Part shown: piece by piece, positions 36,201 to 46,805 of the stretch
Layout: every line of letters begins with the position of its first letter
Position numbering within the stretch: the first letter of the stretch is position 1
IMG/VR virus record: IMGVR_UViG_3300047554_000670
Direction: 5' to 3' (one strand)
Length of the DNA: 64,000 bases
From: an uncultured virus (IMG/VR IMGVR_UViG_3300047554_000670)
Taxonomy: Duplodnaviria > Heunggongvirae > Uroviricota > Caudoviricetes
Position numbers and translations under genes: made by a program
The notes under the pieces: model-generated
Seen by the model: the letters and a program-made list of their open reading frames with translations, nothing else
Database searches by the model: none
What the model was told of the DNA's origin: nothing

Positions 36201-39200
36201 CTGTAATTACTAAGACTTTTGTAGAGGCTTTTGATAGATTTGATGACCAGACAATTCATCAGATGAGAAATTTTGCGTCTGAGATTGAAGCTGTAATGAA
36301 TCATGCTAACAGCACTACGGCAGAGAAATTAGCGGCTATTAAACGAAGATTTGAAGTTTACATGGATGGTTTACCTGAAAGTGTAAAAAAGGACACACGT
36401 AAAATCTTTGACCAGTATGTCATATTTATTAAAGATGTAGAAAATCTACCTAAATACTACGAAAGTAAAGTTAATAACTCATATAGAAGACTTTTAGCAT
36501 CAATTCCTGAAGAAGCTAGAAAAGCACTAGAGGGGGATGAAACCCAACAAGCTCTTATTAAGCATATAAGTGATATCAATACAACTATAGAAGATAGAAA
36601 AGGTAGTGTACGTCAAGCTGTAAGACGTTTATTGGATGGTTTTCCTGAAGAAATTGCTGCTAACAAAGATGAAATTGAAAAAGCTTTTGAAGACTTAATT
36701 ACAGCAGACCCTAAGAACTTGGACCATAGAGAACAGGTATTTAAGAATGCTTTACAGAAGACTGTAAAGAACATGGGTACAGCAGCTACAGCAGAAGTTA
36801 GAGAACAAGCAAGAGTTATTCAATCCGCTCTATTAGACTTTAGTAGAGTCTTTAATGAACCCGCTAGAAAGGGTGCTAACTTACAATGGGCTAGAGTAAT
36901 TGCCAAAGGTGGAAAGGAAGCATTAGAGGCACTTGACGTATTACAGACACAAATCCGAGCTTCTTTCGTTGGTATCAAAGATGAAATTGATGAGCAAGCT
37001 AAGAAAGGTGGGGGTAGTATACAGGCTTACTATGATGCTGTTAAGAATGTAACTATAGCTGCAACTAATGACACTAAGGAAGTTGTACAAAAGAAACTTG
37101 ATGAACTAGCTAAAGCTTATGAAGCTCTAGATATTCAAGATGAATCCGTAGCCGCTAGTGTTAAGGCATCTTATGAAAAGTTATCTAATGCTATTAAGAC
37201 TTCAGCGTTAGCTAAAACTATTGATGAGCAAAGAAAACAAATTCAGCCAAGAATTGAACAAACTAGACAACAGCTTATTAGTATTGGTGATGCGGAAACT
37301 AGAGATAAGTTAATAGCTAACCTTATTGTTTTAGAAAATCGTCTTCATGATAGTTTTAGTGACATAGCTAATCTTACACAAGCGGATTTAGATAAGATTA
37401 TCGCTGAAGCTCAACGTGGTATGGAAGAGTTAAGTAGTAATCTTTCACCTGATGAAAAAGCTTCTGTTAAAGAGAATCTGGCTAAACTTAAAACTGAATT
37501 ATCTAATGGTTTTAATGCCGCTAAGCAAGAAATTAATAGAGCTGCGCAGGATTTTAAGACTGAAACTCAGACAGTTGAACAAGCTATTAAGGAGGCTACT
37601 GATAGTCTAGAATCAGCTACTTCTTTTGACCAAGTTGTATTATTTGATGAAAGTATCAGTAATACGGCGGCTCTAAAGCTAAGAGGTGTAATTGAACAGA
37701 TTGAAGAGAAAGCTAATTTACAAGATGCTGCTAAATCAGGTATTGATGCTATTAATGAATCCTTAACTGAGATTGCTGATGATAATGTTAAGCAGGAAGT
37801 ATCTCAGAATCTTTTAGAAATTAAAGATGAATTTGAAGAAGGTTTAGATAAAATTGATGCTGAAGTTGGTAGTCCTGAACATACAGAACAAGTTAAAACA
37901 CTGGTAGAAAGAGTTAATGATAAGTTAAAACAGATAGCTCAACATCCTGATATTGTTGCTTCAGTTAAGCAGAATATGGATAAAGTTATTGCTACTGTAG
38001 AAGCTAAGAGTAAGGAAATGGCAACTAAGGTTGTTGATGGAACTACTGAAGCTGTACAGAACAGTAATATGTCCGATAACATGAGGAATAACGCTACAGG
38101 GTTAATCTCTACGTTAGGAAGTCTTACCGGAGTAAATACTTCTGTTATTACTGACCTCGTAGACCTTATGGAGCATACTGAGGGCATGATGGATGACTTT
38201 GGTAATAGTACGGCTCAGGTAGCTAAGAAGACTGATACAGCCACTAAGACATGGAGAAGTTATTGGGATAGTGTTAGAGAATCTAAAGCTGATTTCAAAG
38301 ACGTGTATGCTAGTCAGAATGCTTTAGTCGCTACATTAAACATCCTTGGAGGAGCTTATCACGGAGTTATTGTTGGTGTCGTAGACTATACAAAAGCTAT
38401 AGGTGCGTCCATTAGTGCCACTCTTACAGGTATTCCAGCAAAGATTGCTTCTGCTAAAGCATCCGCTGTAGAACTTGCTACAGACCAAGCGAGAAGAGCA
38501 AGTCTATGGGGTGTTGTAGCCGCTAAAACAGCAGAGACTATGGCTAATTTGAAGAATGCCCCTGTTCAGATTATGACTACAGGTTTAACAACTGCTGAAA
38601 CCATAGCTAAAACAATAGGCGCAGGAGCATCTTTCCTCTATGCAAAAGCAACTTGGGTAGCTACTACAGCCGCTCAAGCTTTTGGTGCAACGCTAACTGC
38701 ACTATATGGAAGTGTATTAATGCCAATCACAATAACCTTAGGTATTGTTGCGGCTGGTGTATGGGGTGTTGCTAAGGCTTTAGGGCTTCTACCTTCTTAT
38801 GCTGAAAAGACCCGAAGAGCTATTGAAGGGACACGAAAGGAATTAGAAAGATTAAGAGTTGAACAAGATAAAGTAGTTGAAGGGACAGTTGACCATACTG
38901 AGAGAGTTGTTGAACAAGTTGAAGGTATGCGTTCCCTTAAAAAAGCTAGAGATGCTGAAAAGAAAGCTTTAGCTGAAGGAAAGACTCGACTAGAATCCTA
39001 TAATGCGGCTTATCTTTCGTTTTCTCAAAATGCTACTGAGCTTCCTACTTTAGTAACCGGCCCAATAACAGGGTTAGTTAGAATTCTTGATTTCCTAGGG
39101 GTAACAGCTTTACGAGTAGTGGGTCTTGTAACAGACTTAATTGGCCGAATTATTCAAGGAACAGGCTGGCTTATAAAGAAGATTGGAGAACTTCTTAATT

Positions 39201-42200
39201 TTGTCCCTGTTGTAGGCCCACTAATTGAGAATTTTGGTAAGTTAGTTGAGACTCTTGGTATATTTGCACATACCTTAGACAACATCTTTATTAAGAACGT
39301 CAGAGAAGGTTTTAATAACATATCGGATGCTCTTACTCGTATTGACGAAAAAACGAAAGCAAATATTAAGGCTATGCAAGACCTTACAGATGAAGCCTTA
39401 AAAGCTTCTCGTATTGCTTTAGGTGAAATGCAAGGTAAAGGTGCGGCATCTCAAGAAGGTAAAGATATTCTTCTTAAGGTTAAGGCTGAACAAAGAGCCA
39501 TGAATGCTGAGGAGATGAAGAAGTTTCAACAAGCAGAGACTGATTTTCTAGAAGAAGAGAAAGCAGTTGTTGATGCTAGAGTTAAAGCTTTAGATACTCA
39601 GATTACTGATTTAGAAAAAGAGTTAGAGAAGAATGGTCGCTTAAGTAAGAATAAGCAGGCTATGTTAGATGCTGCTAAGGAAGAGAAACAGCAAGCTTTA
39701 GATACTATTACTGAATTAGAAGAATGGACTAAGAAGAGAATTGAGTATCAACAAAACATTAACTCAATGATTAGCTTAGTCGAAGAGAATAACGCTAGTA
39801 AAGATACTCTTCTTACTAATGAGAAAGTAGCTCAAACTTATGCTGAGTTACCGGAAGAAGCTAAGAAAGCTTATGCTGAAATTCTAGGGATACAAATTGA
39901 GTCTGTTGAAGATGGAGGGGAAGTAGTAAATAGAGCTATTCAGACTAACTATGACTTATTTAATAGAGGACAAAGACAAAAGTATTTAGCGTTTGCTACG
40001 TCCTTAGCTAGAGTGGCGGATAACGTGGCTAAAGCTACTGATATCAATAGCCAGGATACTTTGGATAAACTTCAGAGTGACATATTCGGTTTTGCTGAAT
40101 CCGCTCAAGGAATGTTAGAAGCTGGATTTGACCCTGAGACTGTATTGACTCAATTTGAACAGGGGTTATCAGAATTTAGGATTCAGTTTGAACAGGCGGG
40201 TATGAGTGCTGAACAAATGGACTTACTTGATGTAGCTGGTCAAGAAGCATTAATGGACTTAATGTTTGAGATGCATAAAGCATTATCTGATAAGATTATT
40301 GCTCAGAACGAACATCAGATTGGTGTTATTAACTTACAAAATAAGAAAGGTGTAGGGGATAGGATAGAGAACTTAGAGCAAGTCTTTAAGTTAGAAGAAG
40401 CTAATGCACAAGAACAGATAAATCTTAATAAGAAGAAACTTAGCGATTTAGAAAAACAAGGGTTAACTAACTCTACAACTTACTTAAATTTAGTTAACAC
40501 TGTAGCTTTACAAGAAATGGAGTTAGACCAACAAGTATTTGATAACAAACTTAAGCTTATTGATGAAGAACTTAAGATTGTTACTGAGAAGAAAGAATTT
40601 GAGTTAGAGCAACTTAAAATTCTAGATTCTATGAATGTTGGAAATAAACTACAGAATCTGCAAGCTATTAATGATTTAGAAGAAAGTCTTGCACAAAGTC
40701 GTATTGATGCTAATAAAGAAAAGTTAGCTGAAATGGCACAGGATGAAAGACTTAATTCTGTTGACTATATTAATCTACAAAGAGAGGTTGCCTTAGAAGA
40801 ACTAGCACTCGATAAGCTTGTAATGGATAACAAGGTAGAGATGCTAGACCAGGAGTTCAAACTTATTGAACTTCAACAAAAGAATGTTATTGATGCTCTT
40901 AAGAATACGGCTCAAGCTGAGTCTATGGTTCTTGAGTTACAACAGAAGAGACTTGATTTACAGAAACAAGTTCTAGAATCACGAAATAAAGTAACTGCTG
41001 CAATTGAAGAATATGAGATTTCTGCTCTACAAAATATCAATAAGCTTGAAACGGATAGATTAAAGCAAGCTGAAAACAATCTTGAGATATTTGTTAAACG
41101 AGGTGAAGCACAAGAGCGTCTGCGGGAATTCGAGTTACTTTCGTTGGAACATCAAGAGAAAGCTAATGAGCTATCTTTTCTAAAAGAAAAATCTCAACTT
41201 CGTATTAATAAACTTGAAGCAGAGTTGGGCATTTTACAGGCCAAGAACGCTCTTGAAAAAGCTAAACAAACGAATGCTACTGAAGATGAAATTCGTTCGT
41301 TACAGCTTGCCCTGGAGGCCGCTCAGCTAACATCTGATGCCTACGCACAGCAGTCAATTATTCTGGAAGAACAATCCGCTCTACAACAAGAGTTGGTACA
41401 AAACGAAAGAAAAGCACTAGAGGCTCAACAAAGAGCACAAGAAGAGGCTTATGCTACTGATTTAATTCTTGAACAAAATAAAGTAACCTTAGCAGCTTAT
41501 GACCAACAGATTGCTAAGTTACAGAATATGGCTCAGATTCAAAAGATTACAGCCGATGTAATTATTTCTAAACGTGAAGCTGAAACTACAATTCTAACTA
41601 ATCAACTTGAACTGTTAAGAAAGCAAGAAGAATTTGTTAAGAGTGCTCAAGACCGTCAACAAAATGCTTATTCCATTGCTATGGATATGGCTAAGAGTGA
41701 GTATAAGAGACAGAAGCTAGAAAGAGAAGCCGCTGAAACTAGACTTAAGAATCTTAAAGCCGCACAGGAATCAGAAGAAAGAATCTTTGAGCTTAATCAA
41801 AGACAACAAAGATTAGCACTAGAGATTGCTGTTATTAAATCAGATGCAGCTAGTTCTCAAGCACAAGCTGACCTTCTCGTAGCAAGGGCTGAAGCTCAAA
41901 AAGTAATGGCGGATATAACTGCAAGTCAGGAAATGAAAGCTGCTGCATTAGCTACTGTACAAGCCGCTGAAGCTACTTATCAATCAGCACAGATTCAACA
42001 AACCTTAACTCGTGAACAACAAAATGTGTTTGAAGAAACTGCGGCAATAGAAAGGGAACAACTTGAAGCAGACCAACAACTTGCTGTATTACAAGCTCAA
42101 GCTGATGTGGCTAAGACTACGAGAGGCTGGGGTGATGATATGCGAGTTGGTAGACAAGCCGAAGCTTTTGCTAGAGGTAGAACCCGTGAAGAACAACAGC

Positions 42201-42667
42201 AATACGAAAGAGAACAGGCTGAAATTAGAAGACGTAATCAACCTACACCTGAACAACAACAGCGTATAGATGATAGAGAAGAACAACGTTTTGCTAATTT
42301 AGCTGAACAAGAAAGAGTTAGAGTACAGGAACTAATTACCGCACAAAGAGAATTAGTTACTCCTCAAATTGATTTAGGAAGTAGTCAGTTAAGACAACTT
42401 GAAGAAATTAATACTCAACTTCGTGATGCTATTAATAGGGAACTAAATTTATTCTCTATGCCTAGTCCTTTATCAGCAGCGGTAAGTCCAACTACAAACA
42501 CTTTTGGAGCAACCCCTAATGTCTTAAGTGGTTCGTTATCTGTAGATCTTAATATTAACGTTGAAGGTTCTGATAAGATTGATACCGAGAATCTTAATAA
42601 GCAAGTTACAGATGTTGTTTATACAGGTCTGTATGATTTGTTTAATGAAATGAGAATCCAAGGATAA
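33236..42667 (+). CDS. Tape measure protein (TP901-type core)
   Basis: 3143 aa, helical/coiled coil; YNALSAG...VENGVTTFPQL...AGVGIDELFGSIAALT core motif. Confidence 0.93.
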   Translation: MAETVSVITLQGKDELSKILETNTKQFKTFTTETEKSKTNVDALNKVLKTTGDSFKVITTNSKEAVEGIHGMNRGFKSSYSDSVRFGGNLIKTSDTVSELTSGFKGLALSVAGAKKPFELFGSSIEGPVGHLRAIADSRDPTERFFNVVTRVSKPAGRGFAYLGQQAENVRRNMSNLEKGVNSFSSVIATTGANSMKMFSSTFDTLATAIKERGGLFSGAISNTMLGIGDAAEQASKNMDKFSKTIKPEDLNKVDKAGISLAKTFVGLESGLKGLASGADAADFVSNVYLGLRATQDFINEGLIPSTLAAKDATVATAQFGSTVVTAMGPFATLGMIAGTIKEGFLFGLIPAFRGVKRGILEVVSQFDDIAVAVSVTTMLVSAVDKAQMAWVDLNSTVETMTNLGINTFAIEAATSIGKVGENLLFSSQAAREFGQAAMAAFAQFEDAASFVTTLTSGAAFRFEGAEAGIESIGLAMNELVSGPLNNMVTSVEASNSLYNALSAGIGLSAGKLDEFGRAVANTSEVMSFMEAGLKLSSATGTDAASTMEVLSKVTEVYNLSNLQASETAAKLNAVVENGVTTFPQLVGGLSRTASVAASAGVGIDELFGSIAALTRVMNTQDVQTGYASLISAIAGQGAQAQKAVKELGIQFDIQTVKSDGLIASLERLNEATNGNISKLKEIIPDQLAFQTAQTLMNTSLEDAKNIMGLVGEASSESLDQIFSNRSQSMIKRMTALANGFNETLIDMGQRVLPSIEPGIAFMERLLTFMQEMPDPLKNIIGGIILFHTTLGRITDTVFSLLGSFIQISATLMVFRMMGLAMKSFQNAIKGATNAKDGLGGFVKMLQWLVFEEKNIIGAWMHLTGINRRFQHGLLETIKAQRQFNITQEQFAEYGGADDTWRIRERDLDNYRELLKRTEVELKEAKKQHEEMPDAGLKDRVKNLQSMKRNMEKLIAQEKLARAELLREVQAEVTEALDDTAVSVSQKKAVITKTFVEAFDRFDDQTIHQMRNFASEIEAVMNHANSTTAEKLAAIKRRFEVYMDGLPESVKKDTRKIFDQYVIFIKDVENLPKYYESKVNNSYRRLLASIPEEARKALEGDETQQALIKHISDINTTIEDRKGSVRQAVRRLLDGFPEEIAANKDEIEKAFEDLITADPKNLDHREQVFKNALQKTVKNMGTAATAEVREQARVIQSALLDFSRVFNEPARKGANLQWARVIAKGGKEALEALDVLQTQIRASFVGIKDEIDEQAKKGGGSIQAYYDAVKNVTIAATNDTKEVVQKKLDELAKAYEALDIQDESVAASVKASYEKLSNAIKTSALAKTIDEQRKQIQPRIEQTRQQLISIGDAETRDKLIANLIVLENRLHDSFSDIANLTQADLDKIIAEAQRGMEELSSNLSPDEKASVKENLAKLKTELSNGFNAAKQEINRAAQDFKTETQTVEQAIKEATDSLESATSFDQVVLFDESISNTAALKLRGVIEQIEEKANLQDAAKSGIDAINESLTEIADDNVKQEVSQNLLEIKDEFEEGLDKIDAEVGSPEHTEQVKTLVERVNDKLKQIAQHPDIVASVKQNMDKVIATVEAKSKEMATKVVDGTTEAVQNSNMSDNMRNNATGLISTLGSLTGVNTSVITDLVDLMEHTEGMMDDFGNSTAQVAKKTDTATKTWRSYWDSVRESKADFKDVYASQNALVATLNILGGAYHGVIVGVVDYTKAIGASISATLTGIPAKIASAKASAVELATDQARRASLWGVVAAKTAETMANLKNAPVQIMTTGLTTAETIAKTIGAGASFLYAKATWVATTAAQAFGATLTALYGSVLMPITITLGIVAAGVWGVAKALGLLPSYAEKTRRAIEGTRKELERLRVEQDKVVEGTVDHTERVVEQVEGMRSLKKARDAEKKALAEGKTRLESYNAAYLSFSQNATELPTLVTGPITGLVRILDFLGVTALRVVGLVTDLIGRIIQGTGWLIKKIGELLNFVPVVGPLIENFGKLVETLGIFAHTLDNIFIKNVREGFNNISDALTRIDEKTKANIKAMQDLTDEALKASRIALGEMQGKGAASQEGKDILLKVKAEQRAMNAEEMKKFQQAETDFLEEEKAVVDARVKALDTQITDLEKELEKNGRLSKNKQAMLDAAKEEKQQALDTITELEEWTKKRIEYQQNINSMISLVEENNASKDTLLTNEKVAQTYAELPEEAKKAYAEILGIQIESVEDGGEVVNRAIQTNYDLFNRGQRQKYLAFATSLARVADNVAKATDINSQDTLDKLQSDIFGFAESAQGMLEAGFDPETVLTQFEQGLSEFRIQFEQAGMSAEQMDLLDVAGQEALMDLMFEMHKALSDKIIAQNEHQIGVINLQNKKGVGDRIENLEQVFKLEEANAQEQINLNKKKLSDLEKQGLTNSTTYLNLVNTVALQEMELDQQVFDNKLKLIDEELKIVTEKKEFELEQLKILDSMNVGNKLQNLQAINDLEESLAQSRIDANKEKLAEMAQDERLNSVDYINLQREVALEELALDKLVMDNKVEMLDQEFKLIELQQKNVIDALKNTAQAESMVLELQQKRLDLQKQVLESRNKVTAAIEEYEISALQNINKLETDRLKQAENNLEIFVKRGEAQERLREFELLSLEHQEKANELSFLKEKSQLRINKLEAELGILQAKNALEKAKQTNATEDEIRSLQLALEAAQLTSDAYAQQSIILEEQSALQQELVQNERKALEAQQRAQEEAYATDLILEQNKVTLAAYDQQIAKLQNMAQIQKITADVIISKREAETTILTNQLELLRKQEEFVKSAQDRQQNAYSIAMDMAKSEYKRQKLEREAAETRLKNLKAAQESEERIFELNQRQQRLALEIAVIKSDAASSQAQADLLVARAEAQKVMADITASQEMKAAALATVQAAEATYQSAQIQQTLTREQQNVFEETAAIEREQLEADQQLAVLQAQADVAKTTRGWGDDMRVGRQAEAFARGRTREEQQQYEREQAEIRRRNQPTPEQQQRIDDREEQRFANLAEQERVRVQELITAQRELVTPQIDLGSSQLRQLEEINTQLRDAINRELNLFSMPSPLSAAVSPTTNTFGATPNVLSGSLSVDLNINVEGSDKIDTENLNKQVTDVVYTGLYDLFNEMRIQG

Positions 42668-42669
42668 CG

Positions 42670-42708
42670 ATAAAGGTATAAAGGTATAAAGGTATAAAGG
42701 TATAAGGA
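42670..42708 (+). repeat. 8-nt tandem repeat (ATAAAGGT) x4 plus a partial copy
   Basis: Read directly between the TMP stop and the next start. Confidence 0.9.
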
Positions 42709-42715
42709 TTTATAG

Positions 42716-43141
42716 ATGGCACCGATAACAGGAACTTGTGGAATTATTAATCATGAACTAATTACTCTTAGTGGGTTTGGTTCTTTTCGTGTTGGATGGG
42801 GGGATTACACTGTAAAACAAAACTCATCTAATGTAGGTATTAAGGTTAAGAATGGTAGTTTCATCAACCAAGTTAACCCTATAGTTTGGTCTGTAGATAT
42901 AACAATGCATGATGTTAACGCATCCCTAGTTACAGCATTTAGAACTACACAGGGTTCTACCATTAGGTCTTATATCAATAGTGGTAGTGGAGGATTAACT
43001 GTAACCTTAGCGGGTATTCAGATTGCTGATTGTATTGTTAAAAGTCTTAATGTTGAACAAGGTTATTATACGGATGATGGAGAATATAGAATTAGTCAGA
43101 TGTCCGTAACCTTAGAGTCTCCCGTATTAAATTGGATTTAA
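42716..43141 (+). CDS. Putative distal tail protein
   Basis: First gene after the TMP; beta-rich, 141 aa. Confidence 0.5.
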   Translation: MAPITGTCGIINHELITLSGFGSFRVGWGDYTVKQNSSNVGIKVKNGSFINQVNPIVWSVDITMHDVNASLVTAFRTTQGSTIRSYINSGSGGLTVTLAGIQIADCIVKSLNVEQGYYTDDGEYRISQMSVTLESPVLNWI

Positions 43142-43154
43142 GAATATAAATGTC

Positions 43155-43955
43155 ATGTGGATTCTTAACAATAATGAATTAGAAAGTACTACGTATGAAC
43201 GAAAGTATAGTTTAGGTCTATTTACTTTAGATTCTTATAAATTTCCTTTAGTTAATATTTCTAAATCACTAACTACTAACCCTATAGAGTCTCCCATCTT
43301 ATATAACCCTAACGATGTTGTTTCTGTAGATACAACTCCTTTAGTTCCATCTAATATAGGGTATTTCTATTTGATAAGAAATCTTGTTGTTGATTTAGAT
43401 TATTTAGGTTTAACATCTGTAACTGAACCCGACCTTATTATTAACAGAAATACTTATTATGTTAATCAAGGTAATTTAGAACCTTATGCTTTAGTTCATA
43501 CAGATAACCCTAACTTACTAGATAGTGGTTTTAAGTACCAATTTAACTTTGTAGTTCCACAAAGAAATGACTTATACGAATATGAGATTGGTCTAAGCAA
43601 CTTTCCTTATGTACCTGAGAGCCTTGATAAGATTGAAGCTTCCGGTATCAATTTCTATGATATGGCAGCAAGTACAGGTTGCCCTAATTATTTTACTTTC
43701 GTTGATAACAAGATTATTCTTAAGGGTTGTGAAACCTGTAGACCTATCACAGGAGATACAGGAACTATATACGGGACCAGAGATATAGGTTCTTATACCC
43801 GATATACCGCATATAAGTTTGATTTCGATACTTCTATATCTATCGTTACTAGTCTTACTTATAAAGGTGACATTTATGATTTAAGTAATAGAATTGAATC
43901 ATTAACTTTATTATTTAGTTCAGAACTCTCAAGTGCTTTAGCTCTTAAATCTTAA
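43155..43955 (+). CDS. Putative tail tip protein
   Basis: Synteny only. Confidence 0.5.
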   Translation: MWILNNNELESTTYERKYSLGLFTLDSYKFPLVNISKSLTTNPIESPILYNPNDVVSVDTTPLVPSNIGYFYLIRNLVVDLDYLGLTSVTEPDLIINRNTYYVNQGNLEPYALVHTDNPNLLDSGFKYQFNFVVPQRNDLYEYEIGLSNFPYVPESLDKIEASGINFYDMAASTGCPNYFTFVDNKIILKGCETCRPITGDTGTIYGTRDIGSYTRYTAYKFDFDTSISIVTSLTYKGDIYDLSNRIESLTLLFSSELSSALALKS

Positions 43956-43972
43956 TTTATATATGTATTCTT

Positions 43973-46594
43973 ATGTCTTTTACTTTCTCTAGTCGTACAG
44001 CTTTAACTAATTTAGTCACTACTAACAGACCAAATGTTCCCTTAGGAGGAGTTGGTACTTCTATTTCGTTAAACCTTAACTTTGAAAGTTCACCTTCAGG
44101 AACTATTAGTTTTGAAGCTGTTAGACGAAACGATGTATATGAGTACAGGCGAGTATATAAGGAAGTCGGTACTAAGATAAAGATATATGATTGGTTAGAG
44201 ATGGAAGTAGCTGGTTATGCTGAGTCTGTTAACCGTATACATGGAAATAATTTAGGGGGAGAATTTGTAACTTACGATATTTCGGTATCGTTAAGAGGTT
44301 ATCATGATGAATTACTTGCTAAGAACCCTAAGATTAACGAATGTAATAAAGGTATTAGTAAAGGTGGAAAGACTACCCTTAAGCAGATAGCTGACCTTAG
44401 CAAGATTAACTATAGTGGATTTGATGTTCAGGTTGATTTAGGTGAAGTTAATTCAGATAGTACCGTTAACTTTAAGAGTATATTAGATACATATAAGACT
44501 CTAGAGGGATATTATATTGATTATTCAGATAATATTGTTAGAGCACATAAGTTAAGCTCAGGAAGAACTTTAGGCTTAACTAAAAATCAAATTATCTACA
44601 CTATCGAATCTACTGCTAATAAACCTGTAGTTTATGATGTGTATGAGCTTAAGGGTAAGGATGATTTTAAGAATCCTAAACAGAAGGTAGAAGAGTTTAA
44701 GGATTCTCTTAAAAGTAATTTAGTTAAGAAACCCCCTTTAGAGATAACTCTGATTGAGGGTGATACTAACCCATCACAAGCCCCTAGAGGTCTAGATATT
44801 GTGGAAGGTCAAGCTGAAGTTAATTCAGTTACCTATAAATACAATGTGCAGGATTTAAGTCTTAATTTTGATAAGAGTGGACCTAGAAAAACTAAAAAAA
44901 CCACTACTACACTTAATGGACAACCTTATAAAGAAAGAATTGAAAGTTGGGGGTTTGCCTACCATGCAATTGATATTGAAAACCCTGAAAGTTTTAATGA
45001 AAATAAAGCAGGATTAGTTCCACCTCTATTAGGAAAGTCCCCTACATTTGAAGGTTTTTGGACTAAGATAGAAGACCGAACTACTCAGTATGTATATAAG
45101 CCATTGGAAGCTGAAGTAGGAGTTGAAGCTACTGAGACTACAACGAAAGGAAAAGATAAGAAACAAAAGAGTCTTGGTATTTATTACCAAAATAGTAAAG
45201 ACCAATTTACTCAATCCCCCACTTCATTCAATACTCATAAATATCTGGTAGAAGTAGTTGAGACTGGTTGGAAATTAGGTAGATTTCTAACAGAAGACCT
45301 TAACAGTGAAGCTGGATTAGATACAACTACGGATACGAGAACCATATACCACTACGTGTTAAGTAAGCCGGATGACCCTGATATCACAGCAGAGGAAAGA
45401 GAACGTTGTGAATTAGTATGGTCAGCTTTACAGTTTAGAAAATTCAAAGTCTACAGTACTAAGATTTTTAGTTTAGGAGAAGCTTCTAAATACTATACGA
45501 ATATAGAAGATATACCTTATAGAACTGAAAAGGTTAAGCTTAAGGATATTGTTTCTGAAGATAAGACTGGAAAACTAGATTTAGAGCAAGATGTTCTTAT
45601 AGCTATACCAGACCCTAATTATGTATTTCCTTTACTTTCGTTGCAAGAAGAAGAAATAGTTCAAGGTATTCATACACATCCAAATCCTGATAATGTTTTT
45701 ATCAAAGCTATACGAAAGGAAATTCAAGACAGTAATGATACACCGGAGGAGAAGCAAGCCGCACTTAAAGAGAACCCTCTACTTCCTGAATTAGTAGTTG
45801 GCGAAGATAGTTATGCTAGAACTTATAGGAAAATACAACCTTCTAAAAACACAAAGAAAGATACGGTAGGAGTGAATGCTGATATCGAATATGAATGGTA
45901 TACAGAGTTTAGTTCGTCCGCTAGTAGTCAGGATGATGATTTTCGTTCTAGCTTTGCTCAAGTAAATTTCTCTCAGAGATTAGGTAAACCTCCTGGTCCT
46001 TCAGTATTAAGTGAAAGATTTGAAGAACCTGATGATGAAGAGGATAAAGAGAAAAATACTAAGAAAGAAAAACGGTATTTTATACAAAGTAATAATGCCA
46101 ATAAGGATAATGAGTTAGATGAAGGTAAACAGAATAGTGGTACAGACCTTAAATGTCTTAACGTTACAGGTACATTAGACTTTCCTACGTATGATGTTAA
46201 TAAGGCTAAGCAAGGAGCAGAAAATCAACTTAAACTTGAGAATTGGCTTAACAGTAGTGAAGTAAGATTAAACTTAGCTTATTATTATCCTCAGATTAAA
46301 CCTGGTGATTTTATAACTGTAATGGATGTACCTGATATAAGTGGGGGGAAACTTAGAGTTAAGAGTGTATCCTTTAGTGTTAATTGGCAAGCTAATGTAG
46401 AAGGAACTGATATTGTTATTTGTGATGGTACATCTATAACTTGTGGTTATTGGAACGAATCTCTTAGTGTAGACCTTATTACTAAGGATAAGGATGAAGA
46501 AGAGTCTAAGTTAAAGATTAAACCTAAAGTATTTGACGCTGAAGAATTAGCACAAACTTATAACTTTAGACCTTATTCTAGAAGAAATAGATAA
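43973..46594 (+). CDS. Putative tail hub / baseplate protein
   Basis: 873 aa; C-terminal PQIKPGDFITV...LRVKSVSFSV pattern typical of hub proteins. Confidence 0.6.
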   Translation: MSFTFSSRTALTNLVTTNRPNVPLGGVGTSISLNLNFESSPSGTISFEAVRRNDVYEYRRVYKEVGTKIKIYDWLEMEVAGYAESVNRIHGNNLGGEFVTYDISVSLRGYHDELLAKNPKINECNKGISKGGKTTLKQIADLSKINYSGFDVQVDLGEVNSDSTVNFKSILDTYKTLEGYYIDYSDNIVRAHKLSSGRTLGLTKNQIIYTIESTANKPVVYDVYELKGKDDFKNPKQKVEEFKDSLKSNLVKKPPLEITLIEGDTNPSQAPRGLDIVEGQAEVNSVTYKYNVQDLSLNFDKSGPRKTKKTTTTLNGQPYKERIESWGFAYHAIDIENPESFNENKAGLVPPLLGKSPTFEGFWTKIEDRTTQYVYKPLEAEVGVEATETTTKGKDKKQKSLGIYYQNSKDQFTQSPTSFNTHKYLVEVVETGWKLGRFLTEDLNSEAGLDTTTDTRTIYHYVLSKPDDPDITAEERERCELVWSALQFRKFKVYSTKIFSLGEASKYYTNIEDIPYRTEKVKLKDIVSEDKTGKLDLEQDVLIAIPDPNYVFPLLSLQEEEIVQGIHTHPNPDNVFIKAIRKEIQDSNDTPEEKQAALKENPLLPELVVGEDSYARTYRKIQPSKNTKKDTVGVNADIEYEWYTEFSSSASSQDDDFRSSFAQVNFSQRLGKPPGPSVLSERFEEPDDEEDKEKNTKKEKRYFIQSNNANKDNELDEGKQNSGTDLKCLNVTGTLDFPTYDVNKAKQGAENQLKLENWLNSSEVRLNLAYYYPQIKPGDFITVMDVPDISGGKLRVKSVSFSVNWQANVEGTDIVICDGTSITCGYWNESLSVDLITKDKDEEESKLKIKPKVFDAEELAQTYNFRPYSRRNR

Positions 46595-46615
46595 CCTATA
46601 CGAAATAGAATTAAA

Positions 46616-46798
46616 ATGAATAATGAACAAAGAAATATTCTAAAGTCTTTAATGAAAGATATTTTAGAAAAATACAATAAGCAATCAATTACTTACGAGA
46701 AAGGAACTAACACTGTTAATGTTAATGGTGAGTCTATACTTTTACCTAAGAGTTCTGAACGTAGTATAATGTCATCGAGAAATACGTTTACAAGATAG
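46616..46798 (+). CDS. Small protein sharing its N-terminus with 53303..54913
   Basis: MNNEQRNILKSLM vs MNTEQRNLLRSLI. Confidence 0.6.
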   Translation: MNNEQRNILKSLMKDILEKYNKQSITYEKGTNTVNVNGESILLPKSSERSIMSSRNTFTR

Positions 46799-46805
46799 AG
46801 AGTTT

